Assembly (NCBI GenBank): GCA_017996395.1
Contig: JAGOHA010000007.1
Coordinates: 1 to 58,902 of the forward strand
Reading direction: 5' to 3'
Length of the DNA: 58,902 nt
Source: Acidobacteriota bacterium
GTDB taxonomy: Bacteria > Acidobacteriota > JAAYUB01
A program made the translations under genes and the position numbers. Positions 35,471-43,893 of the stretch are shown here, piece after piece. The notes under the pieces were generated by a model that was given only the letters and a program-made list of their open reading frames with translations, searched no databases and had not been told where the DNA came from. The stretch's first letter is position 1; each line of letters opens with the position of its first letter.

Positions 35471-35998
35471 TCATTTGCCGGTCGGCGGATATTTCTTGAA
35501 CATCTTGCCCACGAGGTTGTTCACGTTCTTTTCCTGGTTCTTCGGATTGACCTTGACGCCGCCCGCGGCGTGCCAGATCCGGTGGCCGCTCTTGGCCTCG
35601 AACATCTCCACCACCAGGGTGCCCCGGAGCTCGTCGGTCACCCAGACTTGCTCGAACTTGGTGTTGCTGGTGGGGCCGCCCGGATCCACGGACTGGCCGC
35701 TGGATTTGAAGTCCACCGTCACGTAGTAGGCCAGGAAAACGTCCGCTTCGGCCGGGGTGGCCCGGAGCGCCAGCCCCTTTCTGCCGAGCTCCTTGTTCAC
35801 TGCGGCTTTGATGCGACCGTCCAGGACTTCCGCGCTGGTCCCCGGGATGGGGCCTTGCCCTTCGGCCAGGATGCGCCAGGCGTACGCCCGCACCTTGGCG
35901 AAGTCCGCGTCCCGGTCATATTCGATCTTGATTTTCTGCGCCCCCACCGGGGCCAGCAACAGGACCCCGAGACACACGCACCACATCAGCCGTTTCAT
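35471..35998 (-). CDS. DUF4136-like lipoprotein/secreted protein
   Basis: ORF 35471-36538 was trimmed to ATG 35998 (MKRLMWCVCLGVLLLAPVGAQ). YDRDADFAKVRAYAW is typical of DUF4136. 175 aa. Confidence 0.65.
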   Translation of the reverse strand: MKRLMWCVCLGVLLLAPVGAQKIKIEYDRDADFAKVRAYAWRILAEGQGPIPGTSAEVLDGRIKAAVNKELGRKGLALRATPAEADVFLAYYVTVDFKSSGQSVDPGGPTSNTKFEQVWVTDELRGTLVVEMFEAKSGHRIWHAAGGVKVNPKNQEKNVNNLVGKMFKKYPPTGK

Positions 35999-36144
35999 GT
36001 TTTTGACTCCTGCCGTCGGCCTTTCGCTGCCCCCATTGTATCCGATTTGGGGGAAATCCACCATCGGGCGTGTGAACGGGCGGGACCCGGCGGCGGAGGC
36101 CGGATCCAGCGCCCGCCGCCCGGTGAAGCGGCGGGTGCGGCGGT

Positions 36145-38157
36145 TCAATCGACGCGGACCGGTTGCGACCGCCGCGCGACCTCCATCGGGAACCAGACGG
36201 TCATCTCGCCGGGCCCGCGGTGGGACCAGGCGTAGTACGGTACCAGCGTGAGGCGTTCGCGGTTCTCGGCGCCGCGGCGCCGGCCCTGCCCCGTGAGCAG
36301 CCCGACGCCGCCCAGGAGGTCGTCCCGGAACTCGAAGCGGAAGTCGACCCGGGACTCGGGGCCGATCGGAACGGCCATGTCGAGCACCCGGCCACCGTTG
36401 TCGGCACCTTCGGCGCAGAACACCACCGGCCCGCGCTGGAACGCCACCCGGCCCCGGTCTGCCGCCACCTCGTCGCGGGCTTCGACGGTCCGCACCGGCA
36501 TCGGCAGGTGCAGCGTCACCGCATCTCCCGGGTGCCACTCCCGCTCGATGACGGCGAAGCCGCGGTCCATCCGCGGTGTCACCGGTTGGCCGTTGACGGC
36601 CAGCGTCACCGGTTCCATCCGCCGGTCGAGAAAGCGGTAGAGGCCGCCGGGAAGCGCTTCATGGCGAGCCCAGCCGGGAATGCGCAGGCGCAGGGTGAAG
36701 CGGGCCGCGGCGGCCGGCTCGATCCCGATCCGGAGGTCCTCCTGCCACGGATAGCCGGACTGCTGGGTCAGGCGCAGCTCGATGCCGTCGAGTTTCAGGC
36801 GGGCCGCTCCGTTGACGAACTGGTTCACGTAAACGTCGCGGCCGGCCTGGGCGTACACGTAACCCGGCAGGGACGACATCAGGCGGGCGATATTGGGTGG
36901 GCAGCAGGCGCACTTGAACCAGGGGACCCGGGTGGCGCATTCTTCGTTGAACGGCGTCCGGCCGTCGCTGGTCAGGGGGTTCGGATAGAAGAACCGGTCG
37001 CCGGACAGGCTGATGCCCGACAGGAAGCCGTTGTACAGGATCCGCTCCAGCACGTCGAGGTAACGGCCGTCGCCGGATAGGAGGAAGAGCCGCTGGTGCC
37101 ACAGGATCTGGGCAATGGCGGCACAGGTTTCGTTGTAGGCCGTGGCGTTGGGCAGGTGGAAATTGTCCCCGAAGTCCTCGCCCGACTCGGAGGAGCCCAC
37201 GCCTCCGGTGAGGTACATTTTTCGCCCCACGACGTTCTGCCAGAGCGCGTCGACGGCGCGCCGGTACGCTGCATCGCCGGTCAGGGCGACGATGTCGGTC
37301 ATGCCGGCGTACATGTAGCCGGCCCGGACGGCGTGCCCCACCGCATCGGTTTGTTCCGTCACCGGGGCGTAGTCCTGGGCGTAGTAGCGGTCGTAGGGGG
37401 GCTTGAGCCAGTCGTAGACATAGAGCGTTCGCTTGTCCGCCCGGCCGCGCATGTCCAGGAAGAAGCGGGCCAGGTCGAGGTAGGCGCGCCTGCCGGTGGT
37501 CCGGTACAGTTTGACCAGGCCGATCTCGATCTCCTGGTGGCCGGGCACGTCGTTCCGCTTCCCCTCGCCGAAAGTGGCCAGCAGGAAGTCGGCGTTCTTG
37601 AGGGCGACGTCGAGCAACGTGCGCTTGCCGGTGGCCTGGTGGTGGGCGACGGCGGCTTCGTACATGTGGCCGACGTTGTACAGCTCGTGACTGTCGCGCA
37701 GGTTGGACCAGCGTTCGGCGCCGGCGCTCGCGGGCACGCTGGTGCCGAGGATGGTCCGGATCGTGTACAGGTAGCCGTCCGGCTCCTGGGCGGCGGCGAT
37801 TTTGGCGATGATGCCGTCGAGCCGGGCGTCCAGCAACGGGTCGGGATGCTGGGCCAGGGTGTAGGCCGCGGCCTCGATGGTCTTGAAGACGTCGGAGTCG
37901 TCGTAGCGCAATCCCTTGAAGGTGCCGTCCTGGAGCTTGCCGGCCACGGCGAAATTGTCGATCCGGCCGGTGTCCTGGCACTTCTGCAGGGCGAACGGGA
38001 CGGTGACCGTACGGTTGGTTTCCAGGCGCGGTTGCCAGAAACCCGGCGCCAGCTGCACCGCGGTGAACGGGACCGGCACGATGGGGTAGTCCGGGCCGGC
38101 GCCTGCAGCGGCCGCGGACAGGATCAGGGCGACAGTCAGCACCAGCATCGGTTTCAT
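36145..38157 (-). CDS. Glycoside hydrolase family 127 (beta-L-arabinofuranosidase-like, DUF1680)
   Basis: 670 aa with a signal peptide. The N-terminal segment FWQPRLETNRTVTVPFALQKCQDTGRIDNFAVAG and the overall length are typical of GH127. Confidence 0.82.
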   Translation of the reverse strand: MKPMLVLTVALILSAAAAGAGPDYPIVPVPFTAVQLAPGFWQPRLETNRTVTVPFALQKCQDTGRIDNFAVAGKLQDGTFKGLRYDDSDVFKTIEAAAYTLAQHPDPLLDARLDGIIAKIAAAQEPDGYLYTIRTILGTSVPASAGAERWSNLRDSHELYNVGHMYEAAVAHHQATGKRTLLDVALKNADFLLATFGEGKRNDVPGHQEIEIGLVKLYRTTGRRAYLDLARFFLDMRGRADKRTLYVYDWLKPPYDRYYAQDYAPVTEQTDAVGHAVRAGYMYAGMTDIVALTGDAAYRRAVDALWQNVVGRKMYLTGGVGSSESGEDFGDNFHLPNATAYNETCAAIAQILWHQRLFLLSGDGRYLDVLERILYNGFLSGISLSGDRFFYPNPLTSDGRTPFNEECATRVPWFKCACCPPNIARLMSSLPGYVYAQAGRDVYVNQFVNGAARLKLDGIELRLTQQSGYPWQEDLRIGIEPAAAARFTLRLRIPGWARHEALPGGLYRFLDRRMEPVTLAVNGQPVTPRMDRGFAVIEREWHPGDAVTLHLPMPVRTVEARDEVAADRGRVAFQRGPVVFCAEGADNGGRVLDMAVPIGPESRVDFRFEFRDDLLGGVGLLTGQGRRRGAENRERLTLVPYYAWSHRGPGEMTVWFPMEVARRSQPVRVD

Positions 38158-38196
38158 GGTCGCTCCGGATGATGGCGGCCGGTGACGCCGGCGGCG

Positions 38197-39231
38197 CTAC
38201 GGCCGGATGACGATGGCTCCGCCGGCGGTGATCTCGCCGACGCGGCGGCTCCACGGATAGTCAGGAAGTAGTTCCGCGAGCAGTGGCGCAACACTGGCGG
38301 GCGCGACCGCCAGGAGCAGCCCGCCCGACGTCTGGGCGTCGTACAGCACGTTGACCAGGCCCTCGTCCACGGGGCCGTCCACCGTCACGTGCGGCTGCAG
38401 GTACTCCATGTTGGCCACGCTGCCGCCGGGCATCTTCCACGCTCGCGCCAGCTCCAGTGCGGCGGGAAAGGCGGGCACGGCATCTGCCGCGATCACGGCG
38501 CCCGTCCCGCTGGCCGCGCACATTTCCCGCAGGTGGCCCAGAAAGCCGAATCCGGTGATGTCCGTGACGGCGTGGCACTCGTGCCGCAGCATGATCCGGG
38601 CCGCGGCGGCGTTGAGCTGCTCCATGACGGCGACGGCCGGGGCGAGGTCCGCCTCGGACAGGTCGTCGTTCTTGAGGGCGGTGGTCAGGACGCCGACGCC
38701 CAGCGGCTTGGTCAGAATGAGAGCGTCGCCGGGCCGGGCGCCGCGGTTGAGCCGGAGGTCGGATCGTTTGACCACGCCGGTCACCGCCAACCCGTACTTC
38801 GGCTCGGGATCATCGACGGTGTGGCCGCCGGCGATGACGATGCCGGCCTCGGCCGCCTTTTCGGCGCCGCCGCGGAAGATCTCGCCCAGCAACGCCATGC
38901 CGAGTTTCTTCGGAAAAGCCGCGATGTTCAGCGCGGTTACGGGAGTCGCGCCCATGGCATAGACGTCCGACAGCGCGTTGGCCACCGCGATCTTGCCGAA
39001 CAGGTAAGGATCATCCACCACCGGGGTGAAGAAGTCGACGGTGCAAACCAGGAGCAGCCCGTCGGCGATTTCGTACACCGCGGCGTCGTCGGACGTCTCA
39101 TACCCCACCAGCAGGCGGGGATCATGAGCGGTCGGCATGCCGGCCAGCGCCAAGCCCAGCTCCGCCGGGCTCATTTTGGACGCTCAACCGGCGCAGCGGA
39201 CCAGCTGGGTCAGGCGGACACGTTCATTCAC
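38197..39231 (-). CDS. selD: Selenide, water dikinase SelD, selenocysteine-containing (in-frame TGA at 39186-39184)
   Basis: The track ORF starts at 39174 (MSPAELG...). Reading upstream in the same frame gives GTG(39231) NERVRLTQLVRCAG-TGA-ASK-MSPAELG. This aligns with E. coli SelD [21 protein letters not shown], and the TGA falls on catalytic Cys17. GGAGGA lies 9 nt upstream of the GTG. The rest of the protein is collinear with SelD (VGYETSDDAAVY, DFFTPVVDDPY, GGHTVDDPEPKYG, TKPLGVGV). Confidence 0.85.
39147..39183 (-). promoter_or_regulatory. Candidate bacterial SECIS hairpin immediately 3' of the selD UGA
   Basis: mRNA sequence GCGUCCAAAAUGAGCCCGGCGGAGCUGGGCUUGGCGC. The lower stem is GCG.CC/GG.CGC, the upper stem is AGCCCGG/CUGGGCU, and the apical loop is small. 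It starts at the first nucleotide after the UGA. Confidence 0.55.
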
Positions 39232-39249
39232 CCGAGTCGTTCCTCCGGT

Positions 39250-39984
39250 TCAGGGTTGGGTCAGCAGGGCCTGGATGCGGGGGTCCGGGAGGAAGGGCGC
39301 GAAGTCCGGATCCTCCTTGAGCTCCTTGAAATCCTTGAAGCCGTTGTCCACGGCCAGCTTCAGGAAGTGGACCACCTTTTCCAGGTCGTTGACCTGCGCG
39401 TACAGTTTGGCGTAGTAAAAATTCCGCTTGGCGGGATCGATGTCCAGTGAGCCGATCTCCAGGCCGCCGCGGTCCTTCATCAGGTAATCCGGATCGATCT
39501 GGACCAACTTGTGCATCGTGTCCACCGCCTGGAGGTATTTTTTCTGCGCGAAGTACGCGTTGGCCAAGTTGAAGTACGCGAGCAGAAACTGCGGGTCCTT
39601 CTCGACGGCTTTTTTGTACTGCTTGATCGCGGACTTATACTGTTTGCGGACGTGGTAGATGGCCGCCAGGTTGTTGTAGGCCCGGGCGTAATTCTTGTCC
39701 ATGCGGATGGAGCGTTTGAAGTAGGAACGGGCGGCGTCGAAATTGCCCGTCTGCAGAAAAACGACGCCCAAAAAATTGGGGATCTCGGGATTCTTGGGAT
39801 CCTCCTGCATGGCCTTGAGGAGGGCGTTGACGGCCTGGTCGTACTGCTTGAGAGCGATCTTGACCTTGGCCTTTTCCAGCTGCGGCGCCTTTTCGGCGGC
39901 GGCGGCCGCTTGCGCGGCCAGGTTGCCGGCGGCGACGAGCAGCGTCACGACGAGGGTCAGGAAACGAACTCCGTTTCTGGACAT
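39250..39984 (-). CDS. Secreted tetratricopeptide-repeat (TPR) protein
   Basis: 244 aa with a signal peptide and several TPR units (..YKSAIKQYKKAVEKDPQFLLAYFNLANAYF..). GGGAGG RBS. Confidence 0.8.
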   Translation of the reverse strand: MSRNGVRFLTLVVTLLVAAGNLAAQAAAAAEKAPQLEKAKVKIALKQYDQAVNALLKAMQEDPKNPEIPNFLGVVFLQTGNFDAARSYFKRSIRMDKNYARAYNNLAAIYHVRKQYKSAIKQYKKAVEKDPQFLLAYFNLANAYFAQKKYLQAVDTMHKLVQIDPDYLMKDRGGLEIGSLDIDPAKRNFYYAKLYAQVNDLEKVVHFLKLAVDNGFKDFKELKEDPDFAPFLPDPRIQALLTQP

Positions 39985-40014
39985 GGCAAACCTCCCGATG
40001 CGGGGATTGTCCCT

Positions 40015-40043
40015 ATTATACGGCGGGGGCCGGCAATGTTCAC
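40015..40043 (-). promoter_or_regulatory. Candidate sigma70 promoter for the TPR-selD(-GH127) unit
   Basis: The minus strand reads GTGAAC-N17-TATAAT, with a perfect -10 (plus-strand attata 40015-40020). It lies about 30 nt upstream of ATG 39984. Confidence 0.45.
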
Positions 40044-40181
40044 CTTAAAGCGACGCCGCCGCCGGACACAGCGGCGTGAACACGGCGCCCGGGAATCTGC
40101 ATCTATACCGAGCGCGTGGCGCCGGCGGCCGACCCGGCCCGCCCACGGCGGCGTTCCAGACAGCGAACAGGAGGCGAAACG

Positions 40182-41282
40182 ATGAAGTGGTCATGGCGGC
40201 TTGGCACCGTTGCCGGCATCGGTGTGTACATCCATGCGACGTTTCTGCTGATTCTGGGGTGGGTGGTGCTCAGCCATTGGCTCCAGGGACACACCGCGGC
40301 CGCGACCGCCGGCGGCGTGCTGTTCACGCTGGCCCTGTTCGGCTGCGTGCTCCTGCACGAGTTCGGGCACGCCCTGATGGCGAAGAAATACGGGATCCGC
40401 ACCCGCGACATCACGCTGTTGCCCATCGGCGGCGTGGCCCGCCTGGAGCGCATGCCCGACGACCCGCGCCAGGAGCTGTGGGTGGCGCTGGCCGGGCCGG
40501 CGGTCAACGTGGCCATCGCGGCGGCGCTGTTCGCCTGGCTGACCTTGAGCCATACGCTGGAGCCGCTGGAGTCGCTGGGGGTGGCCAGCGGATCCTTCTG
40601 GGAACGGCTGATGGTGCTCAACGTGTTTGTCGTGTTCTTCAACCTGATCCCCGCCTTCCCGATGGACGGCGGCCGGGTGCTGCGCGCGCTGTTGGCCATG
40701 CGGTTGGAGTACACGCGGGCCACCCAGATCGCCGCCACGGTGGGGCAGGGATTGGCGCTGGTGTTCGGGTTTGTGGGGCTGTTCACCAACCCGCTCCTGA
40801 TGTTCATCGCGCTGTTCGTCTGGATCGGGGCGGGGCATGAAGCCAGCATGGTCCAGATGAAATCCGCACTGGGCGGCATCCCGGTGAGCCGGGCCATGAT
40901 CACCGACTTCCAGACCTTGGCGGAGAACGACACGCTGGACGTGGCGGTGAGCCGCATCCTGGCCGGCTCCCAGCAGGATTTTCCCGTGCTGGACGATGGT
41001 CGCGTGGTGGGGGTGCTCACCCGGGACGCCCTGTTGAAGGCGCTGACCCGCGACGGGGTGTCCGCCAGCGTGGGCGCGGTGATGCGCCGCGACATCCGCC
41101 AGGTGGACGCCAACGACATGCTGGAGATGGCGTTCGCCAACCTGCAGACGTGCGACTGCCACACGCTGCCCGTGCACCGCAACGGGCGGCTGGTGGGCCT
41201 GCTCACCGCCGACAACGTGGGCGAATTCCTGATGATCCAGGCCGCGGTCGCCGGCGCCCGGGCGGTGCGGAACGCGACGTAG
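40182..41282 (+). CDS. Site-2 protease family (M50) zinc metalloprotease with tandem CBS domains
   Basis: ORF trimmed to ATG 40182 (MKWSWRLG), which has a GGAGG RBS. Motifs HEFGH and FNLIPAFPMDGGRVL are present, followed by a C-terminal CBS pair. Confidence 0.88.
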   Translation: MKWSWRLGTVAGIGVYIHATFLLILGWVVLSHWLQGHTAAATAGGVLFTLALFGCVLLHEFGHALMAKKYGIRTRDITLLPIGGVARLERMPDDPRQELWVALAGPAVNVAIAAALFAWLTLSHTLEPLESLGVASGSFWERLMVLNVFVVFFNLIPAFPMDGGRVLRALLAMRLEYTRATQIAATVGQGLALVFGFVGLFTNPLLMFIALFVWIGAGHEASMVQMKSALGGIPVSRAMITDFQTLAENDTLDVAVSRILAGSQQDFPVLDDGRVVGVLTRDALLKALTRDGVSASVGAVMRRDIRQVDANDMLEMAFANLQTCDCHTLPVHRNGRLVGLLTADNVGEFLMIQAAVAGARAVRNAT

Positions 41283-41466
41283 GCGGCTTCCGCCGGGCAC
41301 GGCGGCACGGCCGGCCCTGCACCAGGAGCGCGGGGGCGGGCTGCACGCCGCCACAATCCCCTTGCCTTGACCCCCGCGAACGTTCCATAATCCGGCTTCC
41401 GCTCCGCCGCCGCGCCACGCGGCGATTTGATCCGCTGGTCAGCGCCGCCCGAGGAGGTCGGCAAAC

Positions 41467-42855
41467 GTGATGCAGACCCTGGAAGCCTGGCTTGGCGCCG
41501 CCAGCGACGTCGTCTGGGGCTGGCCCATGCTGGCCCTCCTGTTCGGCACGCACATTTTTCTGACCTTCCGGCTGCGCTTCATCCAGGGCTACGTGGGCAA
41601 GGCCATCCGGCTGTCCCTGAAGCGGAGTCGCGAGGGCTCCGGCGACATCAGCCAGTTCGGCGCCCTGACCACGGCGCTGGCCGCCACCATCGGCACGGGG
41701 AACATCGTGGGCGTGGCCACCGCCGTGGCCGCCGGCGGTCCCGGCGCCGTGCTCTGGATGTGGCTCACCGGCGTGTTCGGCGTGGCCACCAAGTACGCCG
41801 AGGCGCTGCTCGCCGTGAAGTACCGCGTCGTCAACCGCGACGGGATGATGGCCGGCGGACCCATGTACGTGCTGGAACGCCGTCTCGGGCAGCGCTGGCT
41901 CGGCATGGTGTTCGCCCTGCTGACCGCCGTCACCGCCTTCGGCATCGGCAACATGGTCCAGGCCAACTCCATTTCCCAGATGGTCGCCGCCACCTTCGGG
42001 ATCTCCCCCTGGTGGACCGGCGGCGTGATGACCATCCTGACCGCGGTGGTGATCCTGGGCGGGATCAAGTCCATCGCCCGGATCTGCGAGGCGCTGGTTC
42101 CGTTCATGGCCATCTTCTATGTCATCGGCTGCCTGATCCTGCTGGCGATGGAATGGCACCGGCTCCCCCACACCCTGGGCCTGATCGTCCAGAGCGCGTT
42201 CACCGGGCACGCGGCCGTGGGCGGCTTCCTGGGCGCCGGGATACGCGAGGCCGTGCGCTTCGGCATCGCCCGGGGCCTGTTCTCCAATGAATCGGGCCTG
42301 GGGAGCGCGCCCATCGTCGCCGCCGCGGCCCAGACGAAAAATCCGGTGCGGCAGGCGCTGGTCTCCTCCACCGGCACGTTCTGGGACACGGTGGTGGTGT
42401 GCGCCATCACCGGTCTCGTGCTGGTCAACTCCATGGAGTGGACGAAAGGGCTGGTGGGAGCCGAACTGACCCATGCCGCGTTCGCCGACCTGCCCGTGGT
42501 GGGGCCGGTGGTACTCACCATCGGACTGCTGACCTTCGTCTTCTCCACCATCCTGGGCTGGTCGTACTACGGCGAGAAGGCGGTGGAATACCTGGCGGGC
42601 GCCCGGGCGGTGCCGCCGTACCGCTGGTTGTGGGTGACCATGGTCCTGGTGGGCTCGGTGGTCACCCTGCCCATCGTCTGGTCGTTCGCCGACATCGCCA
42701 ACGCTCTCATGGCCGTTCCCAACCTGGTGGCCCTGCTCCTGCTGAGCGGAGTGGCCGTGGCCGAGACCCGAACCTATCTGTGGAGCGGCAACCTGGAGGC
42801 GGAAGCGCCGCCGGTGGATAATCCCGAACGTGATTCCAAGGAGGTGCCCGAATGA
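41467..42855 (+). CDS. Alanine/glycine:cation symporter (AGCS family)
   Basis: 462 aa. FGALTTALAATIGTGNIVGVATAVAAGGPGAVLWMW is the AGCS signature region. The start is GTG 41467 or ATG 41470. Confidence 0.9.
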   Translation: MMQTLEAWLGAASDVVWGWPMLALLFGTHIFLTFRLRFIQGYVGKAIRLSLKRSREGSGDISQFGALTTALAATIGTGNIVGVATAVAAGGPGAVLWMWLTGVFGVATKYAEALLAVKYRVVNRDGMMAGGPMYVLERRLGQRWLGMVFALLTAVTAFGIGNMVQANSISQMVAATFGISPWWTGGVMTILTAVVILGGIKSIARICEALVPFMAIFYVIGCLILLAMEWHRLPHTLGLIVQSAFTGHAAVGGFLGAGIREAVRFGIARGLFSNESGLGSAPIVAAAAQTKNPVRQALVSSTGTFWDTVVVCAITGLVLVNSMEWTKGLVGAELTHAAFADLPVVGPVVLTIGLLTFVFSTILGWSYYGEKAVEYLAGARAVPPYRWLWVTMVLVGSVVTLPIVWSFADIANALMAVPNLVALLLLSGVAVAETRTYLWSGNLEAEAPPVDNPERDSKEVPE

Positions 42856-43841
42856 TCAGCGTGCGCAGCGACCTGGAGAATCTGCGGGCGCGGCTGGGGC
42901 CGTCGCCGCTCGACGGCATCGTGGACGGCATCCACCATCTGCAGTACGTCGTGGGCGAGGGGCACGCCGCAGCGCTGGTCGCCGAATACGCCACGCTGAC
43001 CAACTTCCGGCCGGCGGGGAGTTTCCGTCACCGGGCCACGGACCGCCGCTACCACGTGCTGCGGCTGGCCGGGGCGGCCGTCGGGATCGTGGTCGAGGAG
43101 CAGCCCGGGCCCCTGTCCGGCTTCCCCCGTCTGGCCGGCCTGGCTTTCCGCTGCGCCGACCTGGCCGCGGCGGAGCGCGCGCTTGCCGGATCGGGCGTGG
43201 CCTGCCGGCGGACGGGCATGGGGATCGTCACCGACCCGATCCCGGGCCTGGAGGATCGTTTCGCCTACACCGACGGTGCGGGCTTCGACTGGTTCACCGG
43301 TGTCGATTTCGAGCCGCTGGAGCCGCCGGCGGTGGTCGAGCCGGCGCCGGCGCACACGGTGGGGGAAGTGGACCACATCGCCTACCGCATCCGGGCGGAC
43401 GGCATCCGGGCCGCCGCCGAGTGGATCATGCGCCTGACCCCGTACCGCTACAGCGAGTGCTACACCGTCCACGAGGAGAAGGCGGAGACCACCGTCTACC
43501 GCCTCGGCGACCGCAAGCCGGCCATCGTCATCTCCTACGGCTGGGACCCGGAATCGGTGGTGGCGAAGTATGCGGCCAAGTACGGGCCGCGGGTTCATCA
43601 CACCGCTTATTACACCCCCGGCATCCTGCCCACCGTGGCGGGGCAGCGGGGGCGGGGCCTCGGCTTCACCACCCCCGAGATCATCGGCAGCCCCGCGCGC
43701 GGCCTCTACCAGATCTTCACCGCCCCCTCGCCGTACAATCTCGAGATCACCGAATACATCGAGCGGTTCGGGGACTTCAAGGGGTTTTTCGACGCCGCCA
43801 ACGTCGGCGACCTCATGACCTCCACGCGGCCGTTCAATTGA
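42852..43841 (+). CDS. VOC-superfamily Fe(II) dioxygenase-like protein related to 4-hydroxyphenylpyruvate dioxygenase
   Basis: 329 aa. Candidate 2-His-1-Glu triad: VDHIAYR, VHHTAYY, EYIER. The HPPD-like C-terminus reads GLYQIFT...GFFDAANVGDL. ATGA overlap with the symporter stop. Confidence 0.65.
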   Translation: MISVRSDLENLRARLGPSPLDGIVDGIHHLQYVVGEGHAAALVAEYATLTNFRPAGSFRHRATDRRYHVLRLAGAAVGIVVEEQPGPLSGFPRLAGLAFRCADLAAAERALAGSGVACRRTGMGIVTDPIPGLEDRFAYTDGAGFDWFTGVDFEPLEPPAVVEPAPAHTVGEVDHIAYRIRADGIRAAAEWIMRLTPYRYSECYTVHEEKAETTVYRLGDRKPAIVISYGWDPESVVAKYAAKYGPRVHHTAYYTPGILPTVAGQRGRGLGFTTPEIIGSPARGLYQIFTAPSPYNLEITEYIERFGDFKGFFDAANVGDLMTSTRPFN

Positions 43842-43893
43842 TCCGGCGTCGCTCGAATCGCCAGGGGAGGGGTGGCGCGCGGCACCGGCCGCG

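Noticed and set aside
35999-36538. N-terminal extension of the track ORF 35471-36538. Similar over-extended starts occur for 46640-49174, 17925-18812, 18680-19846, 29245-30684, 34528-35331, 40116-41282 and 2576-3109.
   Set aside because: In each case the extension is Arg/Pro/Gly-rich. It overlaps the neighbouring gene or intergenic hairpins. An internal start also gives a clean signal peptide or conserved N-terminus with a Shine-Dalgarno sequence.
41283-41466. Possible glycine riboswitch in front of the AGCS symporter
   Set aside because: The conserved glycine-aptamer elements (GGAGAG ... CACCGAAGGGGCAA-like) are not present. After a plausible TTGCCT-N18-CATAAT promoter, the remaining leader is too short for an aptamer.
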